A stretch of DNA of 43,975 bases from Halocafeteria seosinensis (GCA_001687465.1 LVLI01000148.1:124001-167975); one strand, 5' to 3'; positions 1 through 11,814 are shown, numbered from the stretch's first letter. Translations and numbers: made by a program. The notes: generated from the sequence alone by a model not told the origin.

Positions 1-912
1 GTCCGAACATTGACCACGAAAGGAGAATCTATTTGGGACTGCACCAGTGACGTAAAAGACATCATCGGAGACGACATCACAGACCGAGTGCAAAATGGTT
101 TGGACGACCTTAGTGATGGGTTGCAGGGCCTAATATCAGAAGATATTATGCAAGTGCAGCAAGAGTTGGGAGATATGCGCGAAAGCGTTGAACACGATGC
201 AATCAAGTCAAGGTTGGAGCGCATTGAGAAAGTTTTGCAAGAGTTCATAGACCGTCCTCCAGCAACGCGGCGTGACGTGTCAAACTTACTAAAGCGCTCT
301 CTTGCAAGTTCATGGAACCTTTATAAGCAAATAAAGAAACTAAAACAAGACGGAAAGACGGCAGATATATCGGCAGAGACGCGGCGGTCAGACGAGATGG
401 TCAACTATTTATTTGGACTCTTAAGGAAGGTGATCACAAAGACACTGCCGCTTGTGCTGCATCAGGCTCTTTCAGAAGCAATGACCGCCCCTTCAATGCA
501 AGGCCTGTTTTCAGATCTCGATCACGTGACGGCAGCCCAAGGCGGTCTTACGGCTCAGATGAAATTCTTGCTGCTCAGTGCCGTTGGACTGTGTTACATC
601 GCGTTCCAAGGTGAAGAACGAACCGATGTACTCTCGGAGGGTGGTATTGAAAATGGCGCTAACGACGGCGAGGGAGACACTACAGGCCGCAGAGGGAGCG
701 AAGCTGCTCATCAACAACCTGATAATAGTAATAGCGTGCGAGCTTCTGCGCCGCAAGCCTCTGTGTCCGGTGGAATTGGGTGGAGCGCAGTGGATTCTAC
801 AGCTACGGTGTCATCTTCTGAGCAAACACCCACTTGTTCGACCGCAGACTCCGTAGAAACCAGTTACGGTGCGACCCAAGAAAATACTTCAGTCCAGGGG
901 ATAGAAGCGTAA
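1..912 (+). CDS. Hypothetical protein, probably 5'-truncated: coiled-coil/helical N-half, one hydrophobic segment, Ser/Thr-rich tail
   Basis: Frame is open from base 1 to TAA at 910-912. Heptad-like D/E/L-rich helices and a hydrophobic stretch FLLLSAVGLCYIAF. No family recognised. Confidence 0.5.
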   Translation, partial: VRTLTTKGESIWDCTSDVKDIIGDDITDRVQNGLDDLSDGLQGLISEDIMQVQQELGDMRESVEHDAIKSRLERIEKVLQEFIDRPPATRRDVSNLLKRSLASSWNLYKQIKKLKQDGKTADISAETRRSDEMVNYLFGLLRKVITKTLPLVLHQALSEAMTAPSMQGLFSDLDHVTAAQGGLTAQMKFLLLSAVGLCYIAFQGEERTDVLSEGGIENGANDGEGDTTGRRGSEAAHQQPDNSNSVRASAPQASVSGGIGWSAVDSTATVSSSEQTPTCSTADSVETSYGATQENTSVQGIEA

Positions 913-1326
913 CTTTCGTTCACCATGTTGCTCGTTGAATCTTGTAAACATCGTATTTAGTCCAACTCAGGTGGTAACTCTCAAAGGAGAAGTATAAATA
1001 CAGTAGGTGAACGACAGTTCCAACAGAGGTGTATTTCAGACGCCACGAGCAGTCCCACTTAAGCTACTTCCATCGTGTATATCCTGAAACACTTTTTGTA
1101 ACTGTAAGTGAATTACAACACTAGCGCGTGCATAGCAACCAAAGAAATCCACACCTAGAGTCACTCTGATCCTGGATGTCAACCGAGGTATACGGTTGTT
1201 CGCTTGAAATTTCAGGGGATACTTTGTGTCAGTGAAATTCCTCTTTCCGATTGTTCAGTATTGGAGCAACGCACTCAAATTGAGGAAGGCAATTTTCTTC
1301 CTTCATGCTCTCGGTTCAACTTCCAA

Positions 1327-2106
1327 TCAGAAATCAATACGAGACCCGGCCAGTTCGTGATCCGACCTGCTCGTTTCCCCAGCGAGCTCCATTGTAACAG
1401 GCATAGGTTTTTCGTTGACGAAAGCTGCAATGTTCTGCATAGCCTTTGCATAGGAAGGATCCTTAGTGGCTTGAAGGAGGGCTGCATTGGAGTCCCAGCC
1501 AGTAACACTGGTAACTTGCAACTCGTTCCTGTCAATCCACAATTGAGCAAATCGGAATCCCGGTTGATGCTGGTACGCCGCAACAACAGTGGTGTTGTAT
1601 TCACGGACTAACGCATCCAAATCATCCTCAGAGTTTGCTGTAGTTGTGGATGATCTCACTGCGCACAAACAACATCCCACAAGACTTCAATTGCAATCTG
1701 CAATCGTATCGGGCTGAGGCTCGAACTTACCTATTCCTGGTGTGGTCCGGTGTTCAAATTTCGCTGTGGCATGTTCATGCAAGGGTTGTGCTCGAATCCT
1801 CCGTGAATCCTTTCCTTGGTTTCCATCCCATAATTCATGGCCACGCCATCGCTCCTTTTGATGATGATTTGGTTCGTTCGATCGATCAACCTGGTAGCCG
1901 GGAGCTTGCGCATCAAACCACATATCTTCTTCCGCCTTCGGCGGTACCGCGTGGATGGAACTAGGCTTCACTCGTTTTCGAGGTCTATTTACGCGTGCTT
2001 CAATGGAATCTGGCGCATAGCCGCCTTCCCATGAAGAAAACAGGGCTTGCGTCCGAGCCTGAACCCGGTGCGTCACCCGGGGAGTCTTGAATATGTGACG
2101 CAGCAT
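1327..2106 (-). CDS. Putative mitochondrion-targeted protein with C-terminal ABM-like (dimeric alpha+beta barrel) domain, ~235 aa, 2 exons
   Basis: Intron 1659-1730 (GTAAGT...GCGCAG) joins the two track ORFs in frame. The N-terminus is Arg-rich and acid-free (MLRHIFKTPRVTHRVQARTQALFSS). YQHQPGFRFAQLWIDR...VTSVTGWDS resembles the ABM 'xxPGF...s.t.WeS' pattern. Confidence 0.6.
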
Positions 2107-3082
2107 AACTACTTTAGATCTAAATGAGGTTCCATTAAGGTAATTTATTATAGTCTGAGCGCAACAGCCCCGTCAATACTCCTGGTACTGGGTGCAGTTG
2201 GCTCGTGGAAGCGTTCCAAATGACGTCAGAAGCAGCTTCACAACCCTGACACGAGGTCCTTCAGAGTCTGAAGTGGCTTTGCGAGGAAGCACTACTACTA
2301 ATTCCCCTCGTAAGCACCGTATCATTGGTAGCACGATATTTGAAGTTATGAAATGCGAGTGCTTTGGAAGCAGAGGAATGCTGTGACTGACCTAGGCCTT
2401 CAGTGTCTACGCAGGCGTCTATGGAAATGTGACTTTGTCAATGACAACTTGTCAGTACAGTGTATCGAACGTTGTCAGTATCATTTTCGGCAAAAAACGG
2501 ACGGAAGATCCAGTGGAGAAGCAATAAGTGCTATCAGGTGAAAGGTTAAACAACACTGCCGAAAGACGTGTGTTCAAATCGTATGCCAGTCCGCTGGTAT
2601 TCCACAGCCGCTGTAACTGTGAGCAATGCGGGTAAGAGTGGGATCCATCACATGTGCCACGTGGCATTGAACTGCGGGTGATCCTAAATCGACGAGAAGT
2701 TTTTGTTTGTTATGTTGTATAAGGCATTTTGCTTTCAGAAGGAAAAAATATCCCGCCACGAACGGTGCGTCAGCAATGCAAGCAAGGCTGGTGGCAATTC
2801 GGCGGTGTTTTCGACCCCATTCAATTTCACCCAGTCGTACGCTCATACCATATTTCTTTGCTCTTTGCTGGCTCGCCTTGGAGTCCAACTCAGCTTTGCG
2901 CTCGTGCATGCATCATGTATGTTGGCGATACGGTGAGCGTCCTACCATTAACTTTTCGCGAGCGCATCCTCATAGCTGCTTATAGGGAAGGCCCACACAA
3001 AGCGTTAAGATCGTTTACCATCACTGATACAACCAGTGGAGTAGAGCACAATATGGCACCCGGTGGTCAAACTGCCCTTCTC

Positions 3083-3526
3083 TCAATCGCTCCATCGGTG
3101 ACCACAGCTTACACACTTGAGGAACGTTGTCATGGGCTCATCAGCTGACCGCAATTGTATTTGCATAAAATACGCTCGATGGTATGAGCACGAGGGACAC
3201 GTTGCTGCACGAATACGCAGGTCAGTCAATAGGCCGGAACGGTGGTTGTGATCTCTATGTAACATACCATCTGTTTGGTCCACGTTCTTCCAAGCGTCAG
3301 CTCCTCCCAAGATGTCGTCCACTTGTTTTCGATCCAGGGGAATCGTTTTCATGATTCTGTGGTCCACATCATGGACATAGGGACACGTCCGACAATAGAA
3401 CCGTACATTCGCTCCCTGCGTAGAAAGAGTCGTGGTAGTATAGTTCATACACGATAACATCAATGAAGCCCCACGTACTGTGTCTTCTGCAATGAGCAGA
3501 TTCCCACACCAATTACAGAATAGCAT
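3083..3526 (-). CDS. RPC11: RNA polymerase III subunit C11 (POLR3K), ~105 aa, 3 exons
   Basis: N-terminal Zn ribbon MLFCNWCGNLL...CRTCPY, KQVDDILGG, and TFIIS-type C-ribbon CPSC...QIQLRSADEPMTTFLKCVSC. Introns 3416-3478 and 3205-3267 are both 63 nt and in frame. Confidence 0.95.
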   Translation of the reverse strand: MLFCNWCGNLLIAEDTVRGASLMLSCMNYTTTTLSTQGANVRFYCRTCPYVHDVDHRIMKTIPLDRKQVDDILGGADAWKNVDQTDGMLHRDHNHRSGLLTDLRIRAATCPSCSYHRAYFMQIQLRSADEPMTTFLKCVSCGHRWSD

Positions 3527-3610
3527 GGTATCTTAGTATTGTTAGAAAGGTGAATGTATCATATTTTCTAGCTTTCATTAATGTAAAGCTCGTAGTATTC
3601 AATCAACACA
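3527..3610. promoter_or_regulatory. 84-bp bidirectional promoter region (RPC11/POP1) with a near-perfect dyad at 3570-3590
   Basis: Divergent ATGs at 3526 and 3611. AGCTTTCATTAATGTAAAGCT is a palindrome with a 1-nt bulge. Confidence 0.6.
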
Positions 3611-6350
3611 ATGAAACAAAGTGATAGTAAACCAAAACGGCGTAAACCAAAGCTCTCCAAGCAACAAAAGCAACTCCATGATGCTGCTCCCAGGCTCATA
3701 GATGTTCAACAGGTGGCTCAGGTACGTATTGTGCCAAGACTGTGAGTATGGGAGGATGTTGGATCCGTTCATTTTCTCTTGACATGGTTTGCAGCAACAT
3801 ACAGGAGCACTGGAGAGCGTGACTCAAGCCTTATCGGCCTCCACGACCCGGCATATAGAGCAATATAATCGTCGAAATCGGAAAAGAAGAAGGAAGAACT
3901 CTCCTTCATCTACAGGCGAAGGAGAACGTGTGCTGCCCAAGCCATACAGAGATAGCCAAAGACGCACAACCTCTCACCAGAGGTACGTGATTCCATGGGC
4001 TCGGAAAGCAAGCAAGAAGCCAGAGAATGGTGCAAGTAGCGAGGAATTGTGTCGGAAAGCTAGGCGGAAGCCCTCTTCCTTGCGGCAAGAGTGGGACAAC
4101 TACGCGAAGATTGTCTCCTCCGAAGCTTCGCGAGATGCTAGCCTTGCCGAAGAACTAGTGAAGTCGGTAGGACCTGTTAGGCTGCCTACTCACTATTCGC
4201 AATCCAAGAGGATGCACATGTCTGAACGATACGGCTACTATCTCCCCTTGAGAAATAATAATTTTGGTCTGAAGGGAGCGATTACGAAGTCTCGAGCAGG
4301 TACACTGGTGCACGATGAGTCATATTATCACCAAATTGAAATTAAGGGAAGGTTAAGACGTCTCGTGAAAATTTTCATTAGTTTAACGGATCCAAATCGG
4401 TTCGATTCAGATAATATATGCCGTGTGATTAAAGAGAGGGGCCTAGTGCGTGAAGAACAGGGTGAATCTGAAAGCAATGATGATGAATATGAGGGGTCTT
4501 TTCTGCATCGAATGTTTAGCCCGTTGGCGCTTACCGGCAGGTGTACCGTATGTTTCACAGTGTATGCTCCATTGAAATTCCCTAAGCAGGCAATTTCTCC
4601 AGTTAAACTAATGTGGAGGCCCCGAAAACCTCGTTCGAGTGTAAACTTTGACCATAGGTACACGGCGATGCTGTGGGTACACCCGTTGTCTAGTGCAACT
4701 GTGCATCGAGCTCTGATTAATGCATCGAATCTCCTGGCGAAGGACGATAAAATGCCTTTTGAGGCGACTGTAAGGCGAGAGGTACTGACTAGGTTTCGGT
4801 GCGTGGGGAAAACGGCGTTACGGACATTAAAACAGGCTCTAGATATATCTAAAGAGAAGATTCCTGTACCTGGAACACATGAGGATTCTCGGATTATATA
4901 CACGAAGATTCAAGATCCGCGGCTTAGGAGACTCCCATCTATGTTCACTCAGACAGGATATGAAGTCGAAGTTGTCAGCAACGATCCTGAGAAAGGATCG
5001 TTTGTACCGGTGCTCTCTCCGGAACAGCTCGCCAACGTCTCCACAAGTGGTTCTTATCCGGGATTGAGCTCCGCTTTGCCCTTTACTGAAGACCGAAACG
5101 CCAGTCAAGGAGAGTTGGTGGGCCCCCAAGTCTCTTTGGGAATTGAACAAGAAGAATGGATGTCTGCCCGGGTACTATGGGACTCACAAAGCCTCAGTGA
5201 AGAGTCAAATACATTACTCAGTGATGATCAGTGTCACGAGTTCCGTCAATCTGAACATGAGAGACTGACGAACTCTGCGTGCTCAATTGAAGATGTTCCA
5301 CAAAGAGGAAGTGGCGTGGAGGGTACAAGTACCTATCTTGCAGTTGCCGTGCAATTAATGTCCCCTCGTTTAACATTGAGAAAGCAACAAGAAGTTGAAA
5401 TCATCTGCAACAGAGACAGTGCTCGCATCCTGTGGAATGCTCTCCTGCGCCACTCTTGTCAACCTGTCGGTGTCCAACAGTTTGACTACTACATGGCAGT
5501 GTGCCAGCGTCTATCGTTTCCGCGAGACTATGTCGATACACCTAGTGGTCATATATGGTGGCAAGATCGCCATTCTGAAATAATTCGAGAGAGACAGAAG
5601 AGATCCAAGCATCATCGCCCTAACTTCAGTAGTTTTTTGCATGTACCATTCCATGACAATGGTCTGTGCGACTCTTTATTAAACGTTATCCGCCAGCGCT
5701 GCGGCGATAGCTCTCGCAGTAGCAAGCAGACGCCTTTGTCCATTGTCCGAGGAGAGTGCTACCTGAACATGTTACTCCCAGTGTGGGGAAAGGAGGATGC
5801 GGAATCTACTCCCTTGAGCCAATCTCCCTGGTCTGTCTTAGTTCAGTGTCACTGGAAAATGTGGTCTAGAGGAAATCCTCAAGAAGGAGCACTCATTTGC
5901 CTGCCAACCGATGAGGACGTGAAGTGCTGGAATATTGTTTTAGGGATTAGAAAGAAGGATCGAGAACGGCTACTGACGCAAAACATCATTGGTGAACATC
6001 TACTCCACTGGTACGGTCCACAGGAGCCGAGCAACGGAGACTCTACCCCAGCGAGGGAAGTAATCGGATTCGTGACGTCTGCGGGCAGGAATCCTGATAC
6101 CTGTTGCACACAAGGCAATGCGGTCGTACCTGCAAGACTGTTTGATAGCGCTGTCAGCTCAGCCAAGACTCCCACCGATGCCATCATTAACAGGTACCTA
6201 CTCCTCAAAGGTAAAACTCCTGTGGTGGGCGGTAGCTGCAATGCACGCTCCGATCGAGGTGGCACTCGACGTTTGGCTTATGTGTTGATCCGTAACCCTA
6301 CATCTCACCAGTATTATCCTGCTATATTGATAGCGACAGCTGACAACTAG
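3611..6350 (+). CDS. POP1: RNase P/MRP subunit POP1, divergent, ~888 aa, 2 exons
   Basis: Intron 3722-3794. POP1 motifs LPTHYSQSKRMHMSERYGYYLP, HDESYYHQIEIKG, LWVHP, SFPRDYVDTPSG, HRPNF, REVIGFVTSA and the C-terminal VLIRNPTSHQYYPA. Confidence 0.85.
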
Positions 6351-6582
6351 AATGATGGGTCGATCCAATGCATACGTGGTTCGGCTCCAATACCAGTAGA
6401 GTGTGTTGAATCGTGACTTCCACACTAGGGCAGCAGTCACTGCCGCTTACAGGGTGAAGATAGGGCGCAGTTCCGACGCTCTATGGCTCCATGACCTTCA
6501 TCCTTATTGGTAGTGGCCAGTTGCCGTGCATTCAATAAACAACCGGTAGCCGTGACTTGGTACCCGACTTCCCAGGTATCTG

Positions 6583-6607
6583 TGAAGGTCCCAGAATGTT
6601 CCAGAAC
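6583..6607. promoter_or_regulatory. Heat-shock element (five alternating nGAAn units, one imperfect) upstream of calnexin
   Basis: tGAAg-gTCCc-aGAAt-gTTCc-aGAAc. The last three units are a perfect nGAAnnTTCnnGAAn, ~130 bp upstream of the calnexin ATG. Confidence 0.6.
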
Positions 6608-6735
6608 TACTCATGTTTCATGCTCTCTTTGGGTAGTTACACCTGGTAAACGTAAAGTAAAGAGTCCCGTTTGGGTGCTGTGGAGTGCTTCTGTCGCGTG
6701 TTTCTATTGACTGAGAGCGAACCAACAGCAGCATC

Positions 6736-9008
6736 ATGTGGAAGACTTCCATCACATTGACAGGCCTGCTCCTTTTCGGAGCAATTATACAAGCGCATGC
6801 TCAAGTAGATGACGATAAGGAGGCGCAGCGTCGTTTTTTACAGTCTATAAAGGACCTTAACTTTGAAAATGCCTCCCGTATTGAACCACCAGACGCTGAA
6901 ACAGTGGAATTCTTCGAAGATTTTCAAGCTGGAGAAGAAGAACTTAACAAGGTATGGCTCCAGGTCCATGCCAAAAGCTGGTTATTGGGTACCACGCAGT
7001 CAATGGACGTTTGATACCACAGGATGTATTAGTGCGAAGCAAGCGTCAAGCGTATTTGGATCAGTATTGGGAAGTCGCTGAAGCTGACTCCAATCCAGGA
7101 ATCCTGAGTGACCTTGTACGTAGATACTACTTGTATTGCAATGTTATGGCTCTCAACTTTAAAACGTTCTTCGATAATTAATGTTTTTATTAACAGGGCC
7201 TTGTTGCCAAATTGCCGGCCAAGAAATATGGCTTGACTATGTTGTTCGACCATGACGTTTACGCGGGCGATCAACCATTCGTTGTGCAATATGAAGTTAG
7301 ACTTCAGGAAGACTTGGATTGTGGTGGTGCTTATATAAAACTTGTATCAGCCCATGACGACGGCAATGATGACGATTCGTCGCGGTTTGATCCAAAAGAT
7401 CTCGGTGAGGATACGCCTTATGCTATAATGTTTGGCCCGGATCGATGTGGCGCAACCGACAAGGTACACTTTATCATTCGGCACAAGAACCCAGTTAGCG
7501 GAGAGTGGTCCGAACATCATATGAAAAATCCTCCGAAGTCTATCAAAGACACTTATTCACATTTGTATACACTAATCATTAGGCCTGACAACACGTTCTT
7601 TGTGCTCATTGACGGTATGATTTGGGATGGTTCTACACATGGGGTTTGGGGCTTACAGGTGATGTTAACTGATTTGCCGCAGGGGAAGAAAAGAAACGAG
7701 GGTCGCTTCTTGAAGACCTAGATCCGCCGGTCAATCCTCCCGAGACGATTCCAGACCCTGACGATGAAAAGCCTTCAGACTGGGAGGATGAGCCTAAGGT
7801 ATGGTAATTGTGCACGGTTCCATATCCTATGCGCCCGTTACAAACGAAGCGTTCGTCATTGTTCAGATACCGGATCCCGATGCTACAAAACCTCCTGAAT
7901 GGGATGAAAACGCACCCCAATTTATTGAAGACCCGGACGCGACCAAGCCTCCGGGGTGGCTTGACGACGAACCTCTGAAAATTCCAGATCCTGAGGCCAG
8001 TAAACCTGGTAAGTGCAGAAAAAGCGTGCTTGGATCTGATGCCAATACTCATATGCTATTCCTTCTTTGACTCCACCAGAAGATTGGGATGAGGAGGAGG
8101 ACGGCGAATGGGAAGCACCGCTAGTTGACAATCCAAAGTGCGACGAAGCACCTGGTTGCGGGGAGTGGAAACGGCCTATGAAAAAGAACCCGCACTATAA
8201 GGGCAAATGGGCCCCGCCGATGATCGACAACCCAAATTACAAAGGGCCATGGGAGCCCTCGCGCATTCCCAACCCCAACTTCTTCGAGGATTCGCATCCT
8301 CACAGACTGCATCCCATTGCAGGTAAGATGTCACTACGTGTTGTTTTGCGTTTATGTCAAGCTGCAAACAATGAAACCGCAGGGATTGCCATTGAGATCT
8401 GGACGATGTCGGGGAAGATACTTTTCGATAATTTCCTAGTGTCGCGAGACGAAGATGAAGCTATACGGTATGGACAACGAACTACGGTACATAAACAACA
8501 GAAACAGAAAGAAGTGGACTTTACAAGGGATCTAATTTATCGCCGACTGCGCCGGGAGGAAGATCTCAAAGAGGGTGGATGGATCGCCTACTTTAACTAT
8601 GCCGTTGGTGAGATTGCAGATACGACGGTGTATCATCCGAAGGCCACAGTTGCCGTGGGTCTTGTATTGTTCTTAACTATGATGATATGTTTCTTGTACC
8701 CAATGTTCAAATCGGGCAGTGCCATGGAGGAGGACGAAGAAGAAAAAGAGGAACTCCGGAAATTGTTCGCGCAGAGTAACCCACAACGGGATTCAGAGGA
8801 GCGGAAAGCAGAAGATGAGAACAAGGAACAAAATGAAGAAGAAACAGAATCTTCGATTGAAAGGAAGAGTGACACCAAAAACGATCAGACGGAGGCAAAG
8901 ACTTCAGCACCAGAGCCTGAAAACAGCGACGAGCACGGGGATGCTTCGCAGGAGCATTCGGAAACTGGAGGATTACGGAAGCGAGCAACCGCGGGTAAAA
9001 AAGAGTGA
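6736..9008 (+). CDS. CANX: Calnexin, ~617 aa, 7 exons
   Basis: Signal peptide, [33 protein letters not shown]-domain repeats ([27 protein letters not shown]), a TM helix and an acidic tail. Introns 6952-7022, 7116-7196, 7615-7682, 7799-7866, 8009-8079, 8323-8382. Confidence 0.96.
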
Positions 9009-10381
9009 TTACTGTTCAATCCGGATGAGCCCTGCTTTTTGGAGCGTCATCAATTTCGCGCGTGTATCAGGGTCTCGTAAATACTGAGAAAACTTGGAAG
9101 GGTCATTCCGCGACTCTTCCAAAATACGCTGCATATTCGGATCCGTAAGCAGGGAAACCACTTGTGGATCAGACAGTACGTTGCGAACGTCGTCATCATC
9201 CTGAGCTACTTCCCCTGCGGACGCATTGTAGATATATATAAAGATTTACCCAGCAGCCTTAGAGGGCAGTTGATATGCGCAACATACTTCGCTTAGCCTT
9301 TTCTGCGAGTTTTTCGGCGTCAATTTGTCGCATAACATCGTCGAAGTTTTCCGTGTCTTCCTGCGCTTGGCCTTCGCTTTTCCCCTGGCCTTGCTCCCCT
9401 TCTTTCTCCCCCATCTGTGTCCGCGGAATACCCACAATTTCAATCCTGACAACCTCGTTTACCATCCGTCAGCACTTCTTGCTTACCTGTTTAAAGTGTT
9501 CTCCCAGTAGCCCCGTAAAAGCCTGCAGAAATTCTGTGACCTGAGGGTCATCTTTGTATTTTTCTTTTGCATTCGTAGGGTCTTTTTGCATGTCTTCGAT
9601 TGCCTGCTGACACCGTGGGTCTTGTAAACCGCGAGCAATCCGATGGTCGGCGGAAATTTTCTTTAATAAGTCTTCGTTCATCCATTTTTGATCTCCAAGT
9701 TTTTCGCGCATGGCTTCTTGGACTTCCGGGAAGCGAAGGCTTTCGTCTGTGCTATCATCTTTCTTCGGTTTGCTTATGTAGGGTATATCGTCCGAAGTGG
9801 AATTGTTAGTCCCGTTGGACGACGACTGGGACGCAGTAGTTACTTGTCTATTCGCCGTCGTGGATGAACAGGATGATTTATCTTTACCACTTCCAAACAA
9901 ACTCTGCCCATTCTTGCGCTTCTTTTTCAGAAAACCTTTTCTAAATAACCCTTCTCCAAATGATTTGCTTTTAACACGCTCTTGTTGCTCTCTGTCTTGC
10001 TTCTCCTCTTCTTCCTTCCGAGCACCCAATGCTGCATTCATCATCTGGGAAAGCATCGAATTTTCCCCTCCATTCTCCTCAACTGCAATCGACTTGTAGA
10101 AAGCCAACAATAGGATGAAAAGGCCTTGGCTGGACAAACAGAGCAAGTTGACTTACGCTCTTTCAACGCATCCTCATTGCCATCTTGCTGTGCTCTTTTT
10201 TGCCAATAATCGTCCGCTACGCGATCGACAGCCTCTCGAGCACGGCTGTCGAGCACCAGGTCATCTGTAGCACGGGGGAGAGGGTGTCAAAATGCTTGTA
10301 AAAGGGCTCCCACGGAGCTCACGCACCTCGTCGAATTTGAGTGGAAGAGGCGCTATTCGCCTGTTGCGATGAAGACGACAT
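9009..10381 (-). CDS. Protein with two STI1/HOP DP domains (co-chaperone-like), ~363 aa, 5 exons
   Basis: Introns 10265-10326, 10083-10156, 9415-9486, 9215-9287. DP motifs ARGLQDPRCQQAIEDMQKDP and, in a last exon missing from the track, LSDPQVVSLLTDPNMQRILEESRNDPSKFSQYLRDPDTRAKLMTLQKAGLIRIEQ*, which resembles the HOP DP2 C-terminus. Confidence 0.85.
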
Positions 10382-11062
10382 CTTGTCTATACTACCTCTC
10401 TTTGACCAGTGCAAACACTAGAATTCATGAAATGACAACTTTCAATCACACCAAAATTAGATCCACCATGGGTTTATAATGCTTCAACCCAATTTGAATT
10501 CCAAAGCATCGTGGCGAAGCAAAACTATCGTTGAGATGGAACCACAGAGTGCGCCGTTTACTTGGATATGATAAGGTAGCTTGGATAGCGCAACAATTTA
10601 ATGGTATATTTTTTATTTATTTTTTTTAAACAGAAGATGTGTGTTGTTGCTTCACTTCGCGCAACACACTGCGCTCGAAATTAGCTTCTAATTATTCTTC
10701 GCGAGATTGCAAGATGTTCAGCTCAGTGAATACGTAGTGCTCCGATAAAGCAATCCTCATTGTTCGACAACATTAGTCACTCAATTCAAGTACCGCTCCT
10801 GGAATATGGACAATAAACTGTGCTGAGCAGTGCCCTTGCTAGATTGATTCGGTGTACATGGAAGGATTAAATGAAGGCTTATTCGCGCCAGGGGTAATAG
10901 CTTTAGGGTAATAAGTCAGAGCATCTCCTACCACCCATAACTCCACCCAGGATGACAGCGAATTACTGACGTTGAGCGCTACGCCGGGACTTTGTTATTG
11001 TCTGCGGCTCAGATTTCCCTACCTGAGGCACGGTTTGACTGAGTTAATGCACTAATAAGTTT

Positions 11063-11814
11063 CTACTTCCGTTTGGCTCCTGATTGAAGATGGTAGTTCA
11101 AGGAGTCCTTGAAGAGTGTATCAAACGCAGCGTTAACGTTTTCTCCGGTTGACGCGGACGTTTGAAAGAATCTGCAAAGGGGTAACTGAACGCTGTAGGT
11201 AGCCTTGAGATGGGAGACGCAATGTTGAACCACGTACTGGTATCCAAGTGAAGCACACCATCGCTTTGCTTCTCCCACATTTACAGCATTTCCTTTATCT
11301 TTCTGTGGTGGTAGCGGGGCTTGCATAACTACGTCGCAACACTGCAGGTGCAGACCTACTCACCATATTTCCCAGCACCACTGTTGGACAGTCTTTTGGT
11401 AATCCGTGCTTCTCCATCTCCTTCAGCCAACTTTCCAAGTTTTCAAACGTAGCAGTGTTCGACATATCAAAAATTAGGAGAACCTGTTCGCACATGTGGT
11501 CATGAATGAGTTTGCTCGTGAATCAATTCGATGCCTCCCCATTGTTGGCAAAGGTTACTTACGCCTTGGGCATCACCATAAAACTCGTTCCGAACTTCTA
11601 AAAACTCAGGATCTCCACTAAGATCCCAAAAGTTCACCTTAACTTGAGTATTGTTCACCTTGACGGGTTTTACGCCATAATCGACTCCAATCGTGGTAAT
11701 GTAACGCGAGACAAACTTGCCTTCGCAGTACCGCTTGATCAGACAGCTTTTTCCTACTCCTTTGTCTCCGATAGACACGATTTTCAGCCGCACAGGCTGC
11801 CGCTGAGTGGCCAT
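11063..11814 (-). CDS. RJL: RJL-family small GTPase (Rjl type: no J domain, no CAAX), ~181 aa, 4 exons
   Basis: GDKGVGKSCLIKRYCEGKFVSRYITTIGVDYGVK and NFWDLSGDPEFLEVRNEFY are DNAJC27/RJL signatures. Introns 11484-11562, 11303-11363, 11172-11237. Confidence 0.9.

Noticed and set aside
6575..6700. GAAGGTCCCAG as RNase P/MRP RNA CR-I next to POP1
   Set aside because: No complementary CR-V/P4 strand found. The HSE reading explains it better.
10611..10910. T-rich run, 8-bp inverted repeat GTGTGTTG/CAACACAC and a single TTTAGGG
   Set aside because: No Pol III A/B boxes or ncRNA signature, and one telomere-like unit is expected by chance.
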